NCBI GenBank assembly: GCA_035285865.1
Contig: JAYKHS010000026.1
Location: forward strand, 64,001-128,000
Source: Candidatus Sericytochromatia bacterium
GTDB lineage: Bacteria; Cyanobacteriota; Sericytochromatia; S15B-MN24; VGJW01
Direction of reading: 5' to 3'
Length of the DNA: 64,000 nt
The notes below the pieces were generated by a model. That model searched no databases, was not told the DNA's origin, and saw only the letters and a program-made list of their open reading frames with translations. Shown in pieces: positions 1 through 9,643 of this stretch. Numbering within the stretch: position 1 is the first letter of the stretch; each line of letters starts with the position of its first letter. Made by a program: the position numbers and the translations under genes.

Positions 1-80
1 CTGCTCCGCGCCCGCCTGTCCGTCGCGCACCCATAGTCGAGATCTACAACGGTGCCTCGCGCCAGGGTTCGGGCAACTGA
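1..80 (+). CDS. 3' end of probable Flp pilus assembly protein CpaB/RcpC (partial)
   Basis: Frame from nt 3 reads APRPPVRRAPIVEIYNGASRQGSGN*; Pro-rich tail ending in VEIxxG directly upstream of cpaC. Confidence 0.45.
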   Translation, partial: APRPPVRRAPIVEIYNGASRQGSGN

Positions 81-117
81 GGGGCCGTCTGCAGGGGTAT
101 AGAGGGGTGACGCAGCC

Positions 118-1143
118 ATGACCCGACGCCTCCTTCCCATCATTGCCGCTATCCTGGCACCCCTGGCCCCGTGGCCGGGTGGTGGCGACAGTCTTCATCC
201 AGCCGCGCACGCGGCCGTAGCCGACCTGACGGTCCGTCAGGGCAATACGACGGTTTTTCGCGTCCCGCGGGGCGCGACCCGTGTGGCCATCGGTGATTCC
301 TCCGTCGCGGCCGTCACGCTCATCCAGGACGGTACGGGCGAGAACCTCCTCATCGAGGGCCGCAAGCCTGGCCTCACGAACTTCCTGGTCTGGACGGCCG
401 TAGGCAAGGTGCCTGCCAACTATCGCCTGGAGGTCCTGTCAGGCCGCCGTACCGAGACCGTCGTGATTCGGGTCCAGGTCTGGGAACTGCTCAAGGGCGA
501 AGACAGCCAGTCGGGCATCCGCTGGTCGGAGGGGCTTTCTTTCCAGGAGGCTCCGCCTTCGACGCCCTTCTCGCTCGGCTTCCCGGTCCGGGCAGGGGTG
601 CTCGAAGCGCGCCTGCAGGCTCTGGCTCAGGCCAAGCGCGCCCAGCTCGAGGCGTCGCCAACCCTGCTGGCGCTTTCGGGGCAGGAGAGTCGGTTCCTCT
701 CCGGGGGCGAGCTGCCCGTGGTCGTTCAGACACCGAACACGGTCGCAGTGGATTGGAAGCCCTTCGGTGTCGGCCTGAAAGTCACGCCTGTGGTCGAGGG
801 TGAGGAGATCCTGTTGCGCATCAAGCCCGAGGTCTCCAGCATCGATCGCCTGAACGGGGTCCAGACGGGCAACTTCAACATCCCGGCCATCGCGACGCGC
901 ATGGCCGAGACCCAGGTCGCGGTCCGTCCCGGGCAGGAGATCGTTCTTGCCGGGTTGAAGCGCAGGACCATGCGTGCCGTGACCAGCCGCGTGCCGTTGC
1001 TGGGCTGGCTACCGGGCGTGGGTGCGCTCTTCACGTCGACCCAGCAGGAGGAAGAGGAGGGCGAACTGGTTTTCCTTGTCACGCCCACCCTGTTCAAGGA
1101 CGGCGAGGCCATGCCCGAGAAGGGCTACGGCAAGCCGAGATGA
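118..1143 (+). CDS. cpaC: Tad pilus secretin CpaC/RcpA (compact, no obvious BON domain)
   Basis: Signal peptide; RVAIGDSSVA...GLTNFLVW N-domain; FLSGGELPV, KPFGVGLKVTP, VPLLGWLPGVGALF, ELVFLVTP secretin motifs. Confidence 0.9.
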   Translation: MTRRLLPIIAAILAPLAPWPGGGDSLHPAAHAAVADLTVRQGNTTVFRVPRGATRVAIGDSSVAAVTLIQDGTGENLLIEGRKPGLTNFLVWTAVGKVPANYRLEVLSGRRTETVVIRVQVWELLKGEDSQSGIRWSEGLSFQEAPPSTPFSLGFPVRAGVLEARLQALAQAKRAQLEASPTLLALSGQESRFLSGGELPVVVQTPNTVAVDWKPFGVGLKVTPVVEGEEILLRIKPEVSSIDRLNGVQTGNFNIPAIATRMAETQVAVRPGQEIVLAGLKRRTMRAVTSRVPLLGWLPGVGALFTSTQQEEEEGELVFLVTPTLFKDGEAMPEKGYGKPR

Positions 1144-3239
1144 CGGCTCCGCGGCTGACGGTGATGCTGTCCGCCAGAGGCGGGACCGGTCGCAGCATCC
1201 TCGCGGCCAATCTGGCTTTGGCCCTGATGCGACGCAACCGGCAGCCCGTCTGGCTGTGGGACGGGGACGAGTTGACGGGCGGCTTCCAGGCCGATGCCTT
1301 CGATCTGCAGGGAGCGCATCCGCACTGGGGGGAGGTGCTGCGCCATGGGCAGCCTCTGGCCGGAGCCGTCGTGCGACATGCCTCCGGCCTCGATCTTCTG
1401 CCGGCACCTCCCATCGGCTGGGGCGCGCCGCTTGAGGCAGTGTCCCTTGCCACACGGGTCCGGGAGGTTGCGGCCGCTCACGTGGTCGTGGATCTTTCGG
1501 GCGTGGGGCTGGCCGAGCACCAGTTGGCCTGGCTGGACCTGGCGTCGGCCGTGGTCTTGGTCGTGACTCCGGACATTCCTTCCCTCACGGCCACGCGGCA
1601 CCTACTGGAGCATCTGAGGACGCAGCATGCGGTGCTCGACCGCCTGATGCTCGTCGTCAACCGTTCGGGTCTGGTCCAGGACATCTCGCCTGGTGATGTG
1701 GCCCAGGAGCTGGGTCTCGAGCTGGTACAGGCCGTGCCCTTCGAGTCTGCTGTCGTGTCGGCGCTGAACCGGGGCGTTCCCTTGTTGGCTGCTGCGACGC
1801 CACCGGCGACGGCCTTCGGCAAGGCGATGCTTGCTCTGGCGCAGGCCGTGCAGGTTCCGCCGGCGAGGGACTGGGCGACCATGGGGTGCAAGCCGGCAAT
1901 GCGCAGCGTGGCTCGAGCTGATCAAGACCACCCGGCCGAGGCTTCCGTCGCGCTCGTGCCGGTCGAGACGGCCTGGCGCGAGGGCCACGCCGAGGTTCGG
2001 CAGCGCCTCCATCGGATGCTGGTCGAAGAGCTGAAGCGGATGGATGTCGGTCTCGATCGCCTGTCCGATCCGCAGCACCGGCAGGAAATCCGGCGGCAGG
2101 TCCAGCGGACGGTCGCCGATCTCATCGAGAGTCTGCCCGAAGCTGCGGCCATGGGTCGAGAAGAGCGTGGTGCACTCGCTCGGGATCTCACGGACGAATC
2201 GGTGGGTTATGGCCCCCTCGAGCGCTTCCTGGCCGACCCGGCCATCAGCGAGATCATGGTCAACGGTCCGGGGCGGATATTCGTCGAGCGCGAGGGCCGT
2301 CTGCAGCAGGTACACGACCGCTTCACGGACGAGATCCAGTTGCGCGTCGTCATCGATCGCATCGTTGCGCCCCTCGGTCGACGGGTCGACGAGAGCAGTC
2401 CCATGTGCGATGCCCGCCTGCCGGATGGCAGCCGCGTCAACGTCATCATTCCGCCCCTCGCGCTGCGCGGCGCCACCATCACCATCCGGAAGTTCCCGCT
2501 GCGGCGCCTGACCATGGACCATCTCGTCCAGTACGGCTCCCTCACGCCCGAAATGGCCGGTTTTCTCAGGCAGTGCGTCCGGGCCCGCCTCAATGTCTTC
2601 ATCAGCGGTGGCACGGGCTCCGGCAAGACCACGCTGCTGAATGTCCTTTCCTCGTTCATCCCCGACGAGGAGCGCATCGTGACCATCGAGGACGCAGCGG
2701 AACTGCAATTGGCCCAGAGCCATGTCGTGCCCTTGGAGGCTCGTCCCGCCAATCTGGAGGGCGTGGGTGCCGTGCCGATCCGGGATCTCGTGCGGAATTC
2801 GCTGCGCATGCGGCCCGATCGCATCGTCGTGGGTGAGGTCCGTGGCGGCGAAGCCCTCGACATGCTGCAGGCCATGAATACCGGCCATGACGGCTCGCTG
2901 GCCACGGGCCACGCCAACTCGCCGAGGGATGCCATGGCCCGTATCGAGACGATGGTCCTCATGGCCGGCATGGATCTGCCTGTCCGGGCCATCCGTGAGC
3001 AGATCGCCAGCGCGCTCCACGTCGTGGTCCAGGTTTCCCGCCTCGCGGACGGCTCGCGCAAGATCACCCGGATTACCGAGGTCACGGGGCTTGAAGGCGA
3101 GACCCTGACGCTTCAGGATCTCTACAGCTTCGAGCAGACGGGCGTTGATGCCGGCGGCAGGGTACAGGGAGCCTTTCGGGCCTCGGGCCTTCGACCTCAG
3201 TTTGCCGAGGTCTTCGAGCGGTCAGGCGTCGGGCACTGA
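1140..3239 (+). CDS. cpaF: CpaE(MinD-like)-CpaF/TadA ATPase fusion
   Basis: N-terminal SARGGTGRSILAANLA, VVVDL, LVVNR; C-terminal EIMVNG, GGTGSGKTT, TIEDAAEL, LRMRPDRIVVGEVRG, AMNTGHDG. Confidence 0.9.
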   Translation: MTAPRLTVMLSARGGTGRSILAANLALALMRRNRQPVWLWDGDELTGGFQADAFDLQGAHPHWGEVLRHGQPLAGAVVRHASGLDLLPAPPIGWGAPLEAVSLATRVREVAAAHVVVDLSGVGLAEHQLAWLDLASAVVLVVTPDIPSLTATRHLLEHLRTQHAVLDRLMLVVNRSGLVQDISPGDVAQELGLELVQAVPFESAVVSALNRGVPLLAAATPPATAFGKAMLALAQAVQVPPARDWATMGCKPAMRSVARADQDHPAEASVALVPVETAWREGHAEVRQRLHRMLVEELKRMDVGLDRLSDPQHRQEIRRQVQRTVADLIESLPEAAAMGREERGALARDLTDESVGYGPLERFLADPAISEIMVNGPGRIFVEREGRLQQVHDRFTDEIQLRVVIDRIVAPLGRRVDESSPMCDARLPDGSRVNVIIPPLALRGATITIRKFPLRRLTMDHLVQYGSLTPEMAGFLRQCVRARLNVFISGGTGSGKTTLLNVLSSFIPDEERIVTIEDAAELQLAQSHVVPLEARPANLEGVGAVPIRDLVRNSLRMRPDRIVVGEVRGGEALDMLQAMNTGHDGSLATGHANSPRDAMARIETMVLMAGMDLPVRAIREQIASALHVVVQVSRLADGSRKITRITEVTGLEGETLTLQDLYSFEQTGVDAGGRVQGAFRASGLRPQFAEVFERSGVGH

Positions 3240-4105
3240 TGGACCCGCGTCTGCTCGTCGTTTTCCTGCTGGCCTTCGTCTCGGCGGGCTTGCTGGCCGT
3301 CGTCGTGGCGCGTCGCTACGAGCAGAACCTGACCACTTTCCTTGAGGGCTATCTGGCGCGAACGCGCAAGGCCCTCGCCCGAACACGCAACCCGCTCTCC
3401 ACGGAGCGTTTCGCGCGCCAGCAGGCAGGCCTGACAGGCGCAGCCGGACTGCTGGGCTTCGTGCTGGGTGAGGGGCTTGCGAGTCGGGTCTTTCTTGCGG
3501 CATTGGCAGCGAGTGTGGTCTGGACCCTGACCAATCGTTGGCTGGACATGCTCTGGCAGCGGTACGTCAAGGAGTTCGAGGAGCAATTGCCCGATGCCGT
3601 GGGCGTGTTGGCCAATGCCGTCCGCTCCAGCTTCTCGGTGCAGCAGGCGCTCGACCTCGTGACTCAGGAATTCGCCGATCCCATGGGGGCCGAGGTCCGT
3701 GAGGTCATGCAAGAGCTCACGATGGGTGTCTCCTTCGACCAGGCCCTGCAGAATTGGTCTGACCGGATGAACCATGACGATCTGGACATCCTCTGCACGG
3801 CGCTCGTGATCCAGCGCCAGACCGGTGGCAATCTGGGTGAGATTCTCGACAATCTCGCCACGACCATGCGCGAGCGACGGCGCATTCAGGGGCAGATCCG
3901 CACGCTGACCACCCAGGGACGGTTCTCGGGAGCCATCCTCTCGTTCCTGCCCGTCGGACTCTATTTCGTGCTCCTGCTGATTGCCCCGGACCGCATGGGC
4001 GTGCTTTTCACCGAACCTCTGGGGTGGGTTCTCGTAACGATTTGCGTGGCGATGGTGACGGCGGGCAGTCTCGTCGTCCGCAAGATCGTGGCCTTGGACG
4101 TCTGA
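3239..4105 (+). CDS. tadB: Tad inner-membrane platform TadB
   Basis: FEEQLPDA, IQRQTGGNLGEILDNL, IRTLTTQGR; TM segments. Confidence 0.9.
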   Translation: MDPRLLVVFLLAFVSAGLLAVVVARRYEQNLTTFLEGYLARTRKALARTRNPLSTERFARQQAGLTGAAGLLGFVLGEGLASRVFLAALAASVVWTLTNRWLDMLWQRYVKEFEEQLPDAVGVLANAVRSSFSVQQALDLVTQEFADPMGAEVREVMQELTMGVSFDQALQNWSDRMNHDDLDILCTALVIQRQTGGNLGEILDNLATTMRERRRIQGQIRTLTTQGRFSGAILSFLPVGLYFVLLLIAPDRMGVLFTEPLGWVLVTICVAMVTAGSLVVRKIVALDV

Positions 4106-5022
4106 TGCCCGTAGCGTTGATCTTCCTGCTGGTCTTCGGCGCGGTTTTCGGAGCCACGCTGCTTGGCGTCGTGGCTTTCTCCAAGCCGCAGAACCGCTCT
4201 CGGGTCCAGGCCCGCCTGAAGCGCGTGGCGCGGCCCGGATCCGCGCCACCCAGACCTCCTCGGGCCAAGACGGCACCTTTGCGGGTGCTTGAGGAGCGCC
4301 TGAAGCCCTTTGCCGTCGAGCGCCTTTCGGACGACCGTGCCACCGCCTTGCAGGCGCGGCTGCTGATGGCTGGCGACGATCACACCTCGCCGGCACGTTT
4401 CGTCGCGCGGCAGTGGATCTATGCAGCGCTGTTGCCCGTGGTCTTCCTGCTCGTCAACAGCGCTGCGTTTGAACTGCCTCCGATGGGTGCGGCCGTCGGG
4501 TTCGTGCTCGCGGGCGTGGCTGGATACCGGCTTCCGGCATCGCGTCTGGACCAGGCCATCGAGCAACGTCAGCAGGCCATCCTCAGGCAGCTGCCGACGA
4601 CGCTTGACCTTCTGACCACCTGCGTCGAGGCGGGCATGTCCCTGACTGCCGCCATGCAGAAGATCAGTGAGCGCATGCGCCCCCATCCGCTGCGTGACGA
4701 GATGGAGAAGACTCTGCGCCAGATGCAGCTGGGGCGCAGTCGCGGCGAGGCCCTGCGCGAGCTGGGGCGGCGGGTCGGCCTGAAGGAACTCAACAGCGTG
4801 GCCATCGCCATGGTGCAGGCCGAGACCATGGGCTCATCCATCGCCCGAACGCTGCGCATCCAGAGCGGCATCATCCGCGAGGCCAGGTGGCAGCGCGCTC
4901 AGGAGCTCGCGCAGAAGGCCCCCCTGAAGCTGGTCTTCCCGATAACGTTCCTGATCTTCCCCGTCATCTTCATCATCATCTTCGGGCCGCTCGTCCTGGG
5001 CATCCTGACGGGGAAGGCCTGA
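4105..5022 (+). CDS. tadC: Tad inner-membrane platform TadC
   Basis: LPTTLDLLTTCVEAGMS, QAETMGSSIARTLR, AQKAPLKLVFP; ATG overlaps tadB stop. Confidence 0.9.
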   Translation: MPVALIFLLVFGAVFGATLLGVVAFSKPQNRSRVQARLKRVARPGSAPPRPPRAKTAPLRVLEERLKPFAVERLSDDRATALQARLLMAGDDHTSPARFVARQWIYAALLPVVFLLVNSAAFELPPMGAAVGFVLAGVAGYRLPASRLDQAIEQRQQAILRQLPTTLDLLTTCVEAGMSLTAAMQKISERMRPHPLRDEMEKTLRQMQLGRSRGEALRELGRRVGLKELNSVAIAMVQAETMGSSIARTLRIQSGIIREARWQRAQELAQKAPLKLVFPITFLIFPVIFIIIFGPLVLGILTGKA

Positions 5023-5023
5023 G

Positions 5024-5365
5024 TTGCCCGCCCTTTGGCTGGGGGAACGGCCCGTGGTCAAGAGCCTGGAGGTGGCGCGGACGCCTTGGGCCAGGATGCG
5101 TGGTCTCGGCCTCCGGGAGCAGCTTGAGCCCGGGCAGGGGATGTTGCTGGTGCCCTGCAACAGCGTTCATACGTTCTGGCCTCGGTTCAGCCTGGACGTG
5201 TTGTTCCTTTCGCGGGACTTCCGTATCCTTAGGATCCTGCACGCGCTACCGCCCGGTCGCTTGTCACCTGTCGTCCTCAGGGCGAGGCAGGTCCTCGAGA
5301 TACCTGCCGGCCAGGCCCGTGTGCACGGGTTGGAGGAAGGCATGACGCTTAGGTGGGAGGCGTGA
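5024..5365 (+). CDS. DUF192-family protein
   Basis: ARMRGL...GMLLVPCNSVHTF...LDVLFL...VLEIPAG signature; typical position after tadC. Confidence 0.85.
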   Translation: MPALWLGERPVVKSLEVARTPWARMRGLGLREQLEPGQGMLLVPCNSVHTFWPRFSLDVLFLSRDFRILRILHALPPGRLSPVVLRARQVLEIPAGQARVHGLEEGMTLRWEA

Positions 5366-6927
5366 AGCGCCGCAGCGCGATGGCGATGGCGCTCGCGGTC
5401 GGCCTGGCACTGCCCCTTGCTGCTCCGGCGTGGGCCCAGGACCCCGCGGCAACCGGTGCCTTCCTGATCGAGCGTGGCTTTCTGCCCGGTGTGTGGGGGG
5501 GCAGTGCCGTCAGTCGTGCGCGGGTTTCCCGATACGATGCGGCGTGGATCCTGGCTGCATTCCTGGACCCTTCGGACCATGCCTTCATGGTCACGGCGTG
5601 GTCGGATGTTCCGCCGGGCTTCTGGGCCCTCGCGGCGGTCAACCGGGTGACGGCCAGGGAGCTGCTCGAGGCTGATGGCGCGCAGTTCTCCGGCACCCAG
5701 CCCATTTCTCGAGGGGCCTTCCTCGTCGCGCTCGAAAAGACCTTGCGGCTTCGCGCCGCGCCGCTGCCTGCCCCGCCCGACCGGCGCATCGTGTTGACGG
5801 ACATCCGCGGATTTCCGGGCCAGGAAGCCCTGCAACGTGCGGCGAACGATTGGCTGATCGTGACGTCCGGAGGGCCCATTCGACCGACCGAGGATTTGAC
5901 CCGTCAGGATGCGCTGCTCTGGGTCTATCGCGCCTCGGCTCTGGTGGATCCGGGGGTCGCTTCCCGGCTGGCCGACGAGATGCGCCCGCGCCCCACGCCC
6001 GAGCCAAGCGCCGAAGGACCGGACGTCGCGCCGACGCCGTTGGCCTCTCCCGTGCCTGTCCAGACTCTGCGGCCGCTACCGCGCCCCACGCCCCGGCCTG
6101 CCGACCCGCCGAGACCACGCCCGATCCGGTCCTCGCCTCCTGCCATGACGCCGCCCCCTTGGCTGGTGTTGCCCGTCCAGACTCCCACGCCGGAGATCGA
6201 TGTTCCGGAACCCGAGTTGGCGACGCCTGCTCCGATGCAGACCCCCGAACCCGTGGTGACGGCGGTGCCTCAGCAGGTCCGCGCGACGTCAGGCCCCTCG
6301 GGGCAGCGCTGGTCCTTGCCCATGCTCGACTGGTCTCGGCGCCAGGGGCGGGCGTGGGGCGTTGCCGGACTGGTCGTGGGGATGGGAGACGGCAGAACCT
6401 TTCGGGACACCAGTTTCTATGTCCCGGGGGGGCTGGACCTCGGCCTGTCGCTTGCTGTTCCCGGCTGGGCACTGGAGGCCCGTGGCCTAGGCCGTTGGTT
6501 CCCGGGTGCGGAGGGCTCCCTGACCCAGGTCGGCCTTGCGGGTGACGTGTTCTGGCAGCCGGCGGCAACCGGTTCGTTGACCTGGGGCGTCGGTCTGGGC
6601 ACCGATCTCGGACTGCAATTGGCTTCGGGCACGACGGATCCGGAGGCGGGACGAACCTTCATCGGCGCGGGACCTTCCGGAGTGGTCCGGACTGCACTGG
6701 GCCCGGCCCACGGCTGGGCGCTGGCTCGGAGCCAGGTCGGTCTGGGCGTGGCGACATCCACGGGCCCGGCGTTCGGTATCGGGGGCGAACTTGGGGCAGC
6801 CTGGCCGAATCCCGGTGGCCTTCCCGTTGATTTGACACTGACCTGGCGGTTGCAGGCTGTCCTGCGCAGCAGCGGCTCCCGTGACATCGTTCAGGGATTG
6901 GGCTTGGGCGTCGGCAGGAGTTTCTGA
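5362..6927 (+). CDS. Secreted SLH-domain protein with Pro-rich linker and C-terminal outer-membrane beta-barrel-like domain
   Basis: AWA signal cleavage; WSDVPPGFWA...QPISR and PTEDLTR SLH-like motifs; PTP repeats; amphipathic strands ending GLGLGVGRSF. Confidence 0.65.
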   Translation: MKRRSAMAMALAVGLALPLAAPAWAQDPAATGAFLIERGFLPGVWGGSAVSRARVSRYDAAWILAAFLDPSDHAFMVTAWSDVPPGFWALAAVNRVTARELLEADGAQFSGTQPISRGAFLVALEKTLRLRAAPLPAPPDRRIVLTDIRGFPGQEALQRAANDWLIVTSGGPIRPTEDLTRQDALLWVYRASALVDPGVASRLADEMRPRPTPEPSAEGPDVAPTPLASPVPVQTLRPLPRPTPRPADPPRPRPIRSSPPAMTPPPWLVLPVQTPTPEIDVPEPELATPAPMQTPEPVVTAVPQQVRATSGPSGQRWSLPMLDWSRRQGRAWGVAGLVVGMGDGRTFRDTSFYVPGGLDLGLSLAVPGWALEARGLGRWFPGAEGSLTQVGLAGDVFWQPAATGSLTWGVGLGTDLGLQLASGTTDPEAGRTFIGAGPSGVVRTALGPAHGWALARSQVGLGVATSTGPAFGIGGELGAAWPNPGGLPVDLTLTWRLQAVLRSSGSRDIVQGLGLGVGRSF

Positions 6928-7716
6928 GTGATTCATGCAATCCTTCTGGGCGTGCTCGGTGGCCTGAGCCTGGCACTGACGGGCATCGCCGCGGCCGGTC
7001 CCAGTCTCGTCGCCAATCGCATGGCCGTGACCATGACGCGCTCGCTCGAGGGCACCCCGCTGGCCTTCGACTCAGTGTCCTGGACCCCCAGGGCCGCCAC
7101 CCATGCCTCGTGGGGCGAGGTAGGCGACTTGTCAGGCGCGTTGCAGATCCAGGGTGCGCCGTTGCCTGTCGCACCCATCGCGTGGAGACTGGCTGGCATT
7201 CGGGTGGAGCCTCTGTCCCTTTTCGGCACGCCGGTGCTGTCTGTTCCGGCACGCCTCGGCCTCGACATCCAGGTTCGCGATGCCGAACTCGCTCCTGCCG
7301 TCCGTGGGCTGCTGCCGACCCTGCTGAGAGACCAGCTGCCTCTGCCGGCTGGCATCAACCCCGAGATCGGCTTGCGGAGCCTTCAGTTTGCCCAGGGTCG
7401 GATTGAGGCCGTGCTCTCGGTCAGGGTCCCCTTGATGGGTGGCATGGCTCTGCCCATCCAGGCAAGCCTGCGGCCCGTTCTGCTGCCGGATGGGGTTCTG
7501 GCGATAGAGGATGTTTCCGTGCGGATGATGGGTCAGGAGCTGGGTCGTCGTCTGCCCGTACCCGCGCGCATTGACTTCGCGGCTTATCTGCCCCCGGAGA
7601 TCACGGATGCAGGTGTTGCCGAACTGACCGTTGCCGAGGGAGTCTTCACCCTCAGGATCAGGGCCAACGTGCGCCAGATTCCGGCGCGTTCCAGGGCGGT
7701 CGAGCCGGCCTTGTAG
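6928..7716 (+). CDS. DUF2993/LmeA-like membrane-anchored protein
   Basis: N-terminal TM followed by beta-rich domain; family assigned by resemblance only. Confidence 0.4.
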   Translation: MIHAILLGVLGGLSLALTGIAAAGPSLVANRMAVTMTRSLEGTPLAFDSVSWTPRAATHASWGEVGDLSGALQIQGAPLPVAPIAWRLAGIRVEPLSLFGTPVLSVPARLGLDIQVRDAELAPAVRGLLPTLLRDQLPLPAGINPEIGLRSLQFAQGRIEAVLSVRVPLMGGMALPIQASLRPVLLPDGVLAIEDVSVRMMGQELGRRLPVPARIDFAAYLPPEITDAGVAELTVAEGVFTLRIRANVRQIPARSRAVEPAL

Positions 7717-7746
7717 GCGCGTAGTTCCTGAGGCACTTTCCGATTC

Positions 7747-8334
7747 GTGAAGGACGGATGGTTTCTGATGTTCACGGGCGTGGAGTGTTTGCCGGCACGG
7801 GGCCCCGGGCTGTTGGTCGCAAACCACCGCAGTCCGCTCGATCTCCTCTGGCTGCGGCATGCCTGTCCGCGGCCGCTGCACGTCGTCACGGCGTCGTGGC
7901 TGCGGATTTTCGGCATCGCGTGCTGGGGACCGGCGATCGGCCTTCATCCGCTGCCGTGGGGAGCCAGCCGACGGGACCTCGTGGAATTGGTGCTGCCCCT
8001 CTGGGCGCAGGGCGCCCTGGTGTTGGTCTTCCCTGAAGGCATGCAGGGCGTGCTGCAGCCTGCGCCGCCCGGGAGCATCGGTCGCTGTCGCGGGGGTGCA
8101 GGGGCTCTGGTGCGCGAAGCGCGGCGTCTCGGTCTTGCCGTGCCGGTGGTGGTGGCTTACGTGCAGGCAGGTCGACTGTGGTGCGGACTTGCCTTGCCAC
8201 CCGTGCAGGTCGCCTTCCGGCGATCCGACGCAACCACCGAGGTCCGTGGCCAGACGGGCGACGACCGGATGACCGAACACCTGCGCAAGGGGATCCTCGG
8301 CTGTGCCGCAGCGGCCATGGCGGACGCGGCGTAG
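7747..8334 (+). CDS. Lysophospholipid acyltransferase (PlsC-like)
   Basis: VANHRSPLD (HxxxxD) and LVFPEG motifs. Confidence 0.8.
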   Translation: MKDGWFLMFTGVECLPARGPGLLVANHRSPLDLLWLRHACPRPLHVVTASWLRIFGIACWGPAIGLHPLPWGASRRDLVELVLPLWAQGALVLVFPEGMQGVLQPAPPGSIGRCRGGAGALVREARRLGLAVPVVVAYVQAGRLWCGLALPPVQVAFRRSDATTEVRGQTGDDRMTEHLRKGILGCAAAAMADAA

Positions 8335-8341
8335 GGCCGAC

Positions 8342-9643
8342 CTACAGTTTCCAGGGCACCTTCTTGCCGTCCAGCCGCGTCAAGACGGGGTTGCCGTCGC
8401 TGTCGCTGGAGATGTCCGCGAGCTTGCCGCCAGGGACGAGACTTCCCTTGTCGTCGACCAGAACGACCTCGCCCGTGAGTTCCGACGTGCCCGGCAGGTT
8501 GCGTGCCAGCTGTGCGGCGTAGTCGTAGCGCATGGTCACCTTGAAGCCGTAGCGCCCCGTCTGGGGGACCTTCAGGAAGGTCAGGCGGGACTGGGCGCCT
8601 TGCAGGTCGAATTCGAGGGTCTCGCGAATCTCTCCTGCCTGGCCCGTGGTGGTGGCCGCAGCGGTGGGCGTGCAACCGTCTGCGGTGTCGCAGTCCCGAA
8701 GCCAGCCCTCGATCATCAGGGTCATTCGGTCGAGATCCGCTTTCGCCGCAAGGTCGAAAGCCAGCGTCCGACCACCGGTGGTCGGCTGGCTGAGCCTCCC
8801 GGCCACCGAGACGGCGCCGGGCAGTTGTACGGCGGGTGCGTCCTTGAGGAAGGGCACCTGATAGGGTGCAAAGGCGCTCTGGTCGACCGTGACTTCGGCC
8901 ACGGCGGAACCGTCTTTGCGGAGGACCACTTCCTCGATCTTGCGCGTCGTGGCAGCCGGCCGCGCGTGAACGCCCAGGATCAGCGCGGGACGCTTGGTCG
9001 TGTCCGCCGTCCAACCGGTGCCGGACAGCGTCAACTTGTGCTCGCCCGTGACCACGACCGAGGATGATCCGAGGTCGACGGACGCGGTGGCGTAGTCGAG
9101 CAGATCTTCATAGGTCTCGACGGCAGCCGCGACGCGACGCAGGCGCTTCGTCGCGACGAATCCCGTGCCGGCGAGTTCGGCCTCGTGGGTCGTGCCCTCG
9201 GCTGGCAGGGCTGAGGAGGAGCTGTCAGCGGACATCGCGATGTCCGCGGGGAAGGGCAGGAAGCCGAACCGTTCGTGGACGCCGTTCAGGGCAACGGCCT
9301 GCACGCGACGGTTGTTGCCCATGGGCATCGTGAAGTTGTTGCCCATGGGCATCGTGAAGTTGTTGCCCATGGGCATCGTGAAGTTGTTGCCCATGGGCAT
9401 CGTGAAGTTGTTGCCCATGGGCATCGTGAAGTTCGACGCCGAGTTAACGTCCTGGAAGGCAGATAGCGCTCGATCGGCTTCCTGCGCCTTGTCCATGCTC
9501 TCGGTACTGAGCTGCGGCAAGGTGTAGCTGACCGAGCGCAACGATGTGGTCAGGGCAGTCGAGGACTCTGCCCCGGTGTTCGCAGCGCAGGCCGCAAGCA
9601 GCAGGGAGCCGATGCCGACGATGACGCGACGGGTCGGTGTCAC
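8342..9643 (-). CDS. Lipoprotein with NNFTMPMG tandem repeat
   Basis: Lipobox LLAAC; RBS AAGGAG; GTG start overlapping upstream stop. Confidence 0.75.
   Translation of the reverse strand: MTPTRRVIVGIGSLLLAACAANTGAESSTALTTSLRSVSYTLPQLSTESMDKAQEADRALSAFQDVNSASNFTMPMGNNFTMPMGNNFTMPMGNNFTMPMGNNFTMPMGNNRRVQAVALNGVHERFGFLPFPADIAMSADSSSSALPAEGTTHEAELAGTGFVATKRLRRVAAAVETYEDLLDYATASVDLGSSSVVVTGEHKLTLSGTGWTADTTKRPALILGVHARPAATTRKIEEVVLRKDGSAVAEVTVDQSAFAPYQVPFLKDAPAVQLPGAVSVAGRLSQPTTGGRTLAFDLAAKADLDRMTLMIEGWLRDCDTADGCTPTAAATTTGQAGEIRETLEFDLQGAQSRLTFLKVPQTGRYGFKVTMRYDYAAQLARNLPGTSELTGEVVLVDDKGSLVPGGKLADISSDSDGNPVLTRLDGKKVPWKL
9311..9430. repeat. 5 x 24-bp perfect tandem repeat gttgttgcccatgggcatcgtgaa (in-frame 8-aa repeat)
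   Basis: Directly read; five identical copies plus a 3-nt partial; each contains the palindrome GCCCATGGGC. Confidence 0.98.

Noticed and set aside
9311..9430. CRISPR-like 24-bp palindrome-containing repeats
   Set aside because: No spacers, in-frame inside a CDS, and no cas genes in the window
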